Shown in pieces: positions 35,031-37,837 of a stretch of DNA of 37,837 bases. A model generated the notes under the pieces. That model was not told the DNA's origin. It worked only from the letters and a program-made list of their open reading frames with translations, and ran no database searches. The stretch covers positions 1-37,837 of the forward strand of contig CANBEE010000001.1 in NCBI GenBank assembly GCA_947367415.1, written 5' to 3'. Within the stretch, counting starts at the first letter, position 1. Each line of letters starts with the position of its first letter. The position numbers and the translations under genes are program-made. Origin of the DNA: an uncultured Bacteroidales bacterium. Lineage in GTDB: Bacteria > Bacteroidota > Bacteroidia > Bacteroidales > Bacteroidaceae.

Positions 35031-35750
35031 GTGCAGCTTCCCTTGTTTACTACCATTTATATATGTCTCTTGTTGGTGCTGGTATTCGTTTCGTGGATTG
35101 CCAGTATATACGGAGTCGTACTTCCCAATGGTGAAGTAATGCCCAGTTTGCTTAGCGCAGATAGCTTGCGCTGGTTTGTACGGCATAGTATGGAGATTAT
35201 TGCAGCTGCTCCTTTAGCGCATGTACTGCTTATATTATTGATGGTGGGTACTGTTCGTAGCTGTGGACTGCTACGTTATGTCGCACATCTGATGCGTGAA
35301 CATAAAGCTTTACCTTTGGTACATCGCCAGAAACATGCCTTACGCATTGCGTTGCTCGTGTTTGGAGTGTTTGTGGCATTGGTGTTGTCGGGCATACTGA
35401 CTCCTGACGGTAATTTGCTTAGTGTTACCGGGCATATTGTTGGTGGCCCATTGTCACGTGGATGGCTATTTTTGCTCTGTCTCGTGGTGTGTGTGCCTTG
35501 CTTGATTTATGGCCGCTTGTCAGACTTGTGGCATACGGAATATGAGTTGTTAGGATTTTTCACATCGGAGATTGCTCGCTGTTCGGGCTATTTTGTAACA
35601 CTTGTCGTAGCAGCCCTTTTTATGGCGGCCTTGCATTATATAGGATTGTTCGAACTGCTGGGGTGGAGTGACAGCGCTATTTCTATATTCTCTTTGATGT
35701 TGTATGGACTTCCCTTGGCCGTAGCTGTATGCAAGAAGGGCCTGTCTTAA
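35031..35750 (+). CDS. hypothetical polytopic membrane protein
   Basis: The 239 aa product has about six hydrophobic helices. The start is a GTG 20 nt after the regulator stop, so the two genes are probably co-transcribed. Its stop overlaps the yggS stop (TTAA). Confidence 0.55.
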   Translation: MQLPLFTTIYICLLLVLVFVSWIASIYGVVLPNGEVMPSLLSADSLRWFVRHSMEIIAAAPLAHVLLILLMVGTVRSCGLLRYVAHLMREHKALPLVHRQKHALRIALLVFGVFVALVLSGILTPDGNLLSVTGHIVGGPLSRGWLFLLCLVVCVPCLIYGRLSDLWHTEYELLGFFTSEIARCSGYFVTLVVAALFMAALHYIGLFELLGWSDSAISIFSLMLYGLPLAVAVCKKGLS

Positions 35751-36415
35751 TATTCTCTTTTACCGAATATCAAAGAACCGATGCGTACGATTGTACTCCC
35801 TTCCTCGATGGCAATAGGGTAATCGTCGGTCATGCCTTCTGACAGTTGGCAGAATGAGGAGTCATCTGCAAAGTAGGTGCGCTTGAGTTCATCAAAGAGC
35901 TGTTTGATTTGGCGGAATTCTTTGCGTACTTGTTCCAAATCATCCGTGTTGCTTCCCATAGCCATAAGACCTGTAATACGAATGTGCTGTAGCTCGCGCC
36001 AAGGTTCATTGGCAAGCAATTGTCTACATTCGTCGACGGTGAGTCCGTATTTTGTCTCTTCCTGTGCTATGCGTATCTGCAGTAGACAATCGATACGGCG
36101 TTCGTGCTTTGCTGCATGCTTGTTTATCTCACGTAACAAGCGGAAAGAGTCTACTGCATGAATGAGGCTTACGAACGGAGCCATGTACTTGATTTTATTG
36201 GTCTGTACATGTCCGGTAAAGTGCCATTCTATATCCTTAGGCAATGCGGCAGCCTTGGCCGCCATTTCCTGTATGTGATTCTCGCCGAACATACGTTGCC
36301 CCGCATCGTAGGCCTCTTGCAAGGCCTCGATGGGATGATATTTGGAGATGGCCAACAGGCTTACTCCTTCGGGCAACTCCTGATTCAGACGGCTTATTTG
36401 TTCGGCTATGTGCAT
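35747..36415 (-). CDS. yggS: YggS-family pyridoxal phosphate homeostasis protein
   Basis: The 222 aa product carries LLAISKYHP (PLP lysine), FGENHIQE, WHFTGHVQTNK and IVRIGSLIFG. Confidence 0.88.
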   Translation of the reverse strand: MHIAEQISRLNQELPEGVSLLAISKYHPIEALQEAYDAGQRMFGENHIQEMAAKAAALPKDIEWHFTGHVQTNKIKYMAPFVSLIHAVDSFRLLREINKHAAKHERRIDCLLQIRIAQEETKYGLTVDECRQLLANEPWRELQHIRITGLMAMGSNTDDLEQVRKEFRQIKQLFDELKRTYFADDSSFCQLSEGMTDDYPIAIEEGSTIVRIGSLIFGKREY

Positions 36416-36417
36416 GC

Positions 36418-36870
36418 TTACTTTACTTCTATGCTGGCATCGTAGGGATAGACGTCCATAATCATGGTCTCGGTCACGGAAGCTATTTGGTAATCCATGA
36501 TAGTACCCTTCATCTGTTCGTCGAGATATTTGATGGCTTCGCGGAGGTCGCCTGCCTGTACCAAAGCGTATGAATTGCTTTTCTTCTCCGCACCACTCTT
36601 TTCGTCAAGGGTGATGAACGAGAGCTTGCACTTAAACCAACGGTCGGCACTCTCGGCATCGCAGAAGAATACCTCGCTATAGTTGGCACGCTTGATGTCC
36701 GAGATTACAAACTCGCCCGTCATGAAGGGATGAATCTCCTCGATGATACGTTTTTCAGCTTCAGTGAATGATATGGCATCAACAAGATATGGCTCCGATA
36801 CCTTCTTTGTCAGACCATTCTCCATGGTTTTCTCATATTTTACTTTACATTCAAACCAATTGTTCATCAT
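36418..36870 (-). CDS. DUF4494 domain protein
   Basis: The 150 aa product begins NWFECKVKYEKTMENGLTKKVSEPYLVDAISFTEAE, which matches my memory of the Bacteroidales DUF4494 family. It ends 2 nt upstream of the yggS start. Confidence 0.65.
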   Translation of the reverse strand: MMNNWFECKVKYEKTMENGLTKKVSEPYLVDAISFTEAEKRIIEEIHPFMTGEFVISDIKRANYSEVFFCDAESADRWFKCKLSFITLDEKSGAEKKSNSYALVQAGDLREAIKYLDEQMKGTIMDYQIASVTETMIMDVYPYDASIEVK

Positions 36871-36897
36871 AGTTGTATATGCTATTATAATTAATTC

Positions 36898-37837
36898 TTA
36901 TGAGTTCATACTCATGAGGAACTCTTCGTTGTCCTTGGTGTTCTCCAAGCGTCCCTTGACGAAGTCCATGGCCTCGATGGGATTCATGTCGGAGAGGAAC
37001 TTGCGGAGTATCCACATGCGGTCGAGTGTCTGTCGGTCGTGGAGCAGGTCGTCGCGACGGGTGCTTGATGCTACGATGTTCACGGCAGGGAAGATACGCT
37101 TGTTTGAGAGGTTGCGGTCGAGCTGCAACTCCATGTTACCTGTTCCCTTGAACTCCTCGAAGATTACTTCGTCCATCTTCGAACCGGTTTCTGTGAGGGC
37201 GGTGGCGATAATAGTGAGCGAACCACCGTTCTCGATGTTACGTGCAGCACCGAAGAAGCGCTTGGGCTTGTGCAGGGCATTTGCGTCCACACCACCAGAG
37301 AGAACTTTTCCTGAAGCGGGAGATACGGTGTTGTAGGCACGTGCAAGGCGGGTGATGGAGTCGAGGAAGATGACCACATCGTGTCCGCACTCGACCATGC
37401 GCTTTGCCTTCTCGAGCACGATACCGGCAATCTTCACATGGCGCTCGGCGGGTTCGTCGAATGTAGAGGCAATCACCTCAGCATTGACGCTGCGTGCCAT
37501 ATCGGTCACCTCCTCGGGACGCTCGTCGATGAGCAGCATAATCATATACACCTCGGGATGGTTGGCGGCGATGGCATTGGCGATATCCTTCAGCAAGATA
37601 GTCTTACCGGTCTTGGGCTGCGCTACGATGAGTCCGCGTTGTCCCTTACCGATGGGTGAGAAGAGATCTACCACACGGGCCGAGAGGGTATCGTTGTATC
37701 CCTTGCAAAGGGTAAACTTCTCATCGGGGAAGAGCGGTGTAAGATGCTCGAAAGGCACACGGTCGCGTGCGATGCCAGGAGCAAGTCCGTTGATGAGGTT
37801 AATCTTCACCAAGGGGAAATATTTCTCTCCCTCACGA
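36898..37837 (-). CDS. rho: transcription termination factor Rho, C-terminal ~313 codons (5' end outside the window)
   Basis: The frame is open to the window edge ([17 protein letters not shown]...). It carries Walker [16 protein letters not shown], Walker [11 protein letters not shown] and [21 protein letters not shown]. Confidence 0.93.
   Translation of the reverse strand, partial: REGEKYFPLVKINLINGLAPGIARDRVPFEHLTPLFPDEKFTLCKGYNDTLSARVVDLFSPIGKGQRGLIVAQPKTGKTILLKDIANAIAANHPEVYMIMLLIDERPEEVTDMARSVNAEVIASTFDEPAERHVKIAGIVLEKAKRMVECGHDVVIFLDSITRLARAYNTVSPASGKVLSGGVDANALHKPKRFFGAARNIENGGSLTIIATALTETGSKMDEVIFEEFKGTGNMELQLDRNLSNKRIFPAVNIVASSTRRDDLLHDRQTLDRMWILRKFLSDMNPIEAMDFVKGRLENTKDNEEFLMSMNS

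Noticed and set aside
35031-35750. A truncated AbgT-family transporter
   Set aside because: Only the first ~90 residues show a vague resemblance to the AbgT N-terminus as I remember it (hydrophobic helix, then ..SLLSADSLRWFV..). The rest does not match, and the similarity is too weak to call without an HMM search.

Overview
This window is a chromosomal segment from a Bacteroidota genome that looks Prevotellaceae- or Bacteroidales-like. The evidence is SusC/SusD genes, lipoprotein-rich exported proteins, TAnnTTTG promoter boxes and leaders without Shine-Dalgarno sequences.

Gene content, left to right:
- A housekeeping block: a DMP19-like fragment, a lipoprotein, a Yip1 membrane protein, smpB and a Gate-domain membrane protein.
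- A divergent gadC/gadB acid-resistance pair. It is followed by a scar made of a 5' metH remnant fused to a second, diverged 3' end of the Gate-domain gene.
- A 15.5 kb minus-strand starch/maltodextrin PUL operon: MFS, susC, susD, susE/F-like, a pullulanase-like GH13, a double-GH13 fusion and a GH97 susB-like gene.
- A divergent LytS-type kinase and LytTR regulator.
- trmO, two MBL-fold hydrolases, a TamA/BamA-family protein and a TrmH-family methyltransferase.
- A ~1140 aa two-module sensor kinase-like protein with a NarL-type regulator and a small membrane protein.
- yggS, a DUF4494 gene and the 3' part of rho.

I found no rRNA, tRNA, CRISPR array, transposase, integrase, phage gene or recognisable defence gene.

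The most unusual signals are non-coding:
1. Most spacers longer than 50 bp are built from their own degenerate short tandem repeat, with periods of 7, 9, 10, 14, 19 or 21 bp.
2. The gadC-gadB spacer carries six phased triloop mini-hairpins.
3. Three direct repeats at exact 21 bp phasing lie upstream of the LytS/LytTR pair.

The best protein-level candidate for an uncharacterised system is the two-module sensor. Module 1 appears to have an intact ATP-binding domain but no acceptor His. Module 2 appears to have an H-box but a degenerate ATP-binding domain.

All family assignments rest on motif recognition by eye and from memory, and need HMM or BLAST confirmation.
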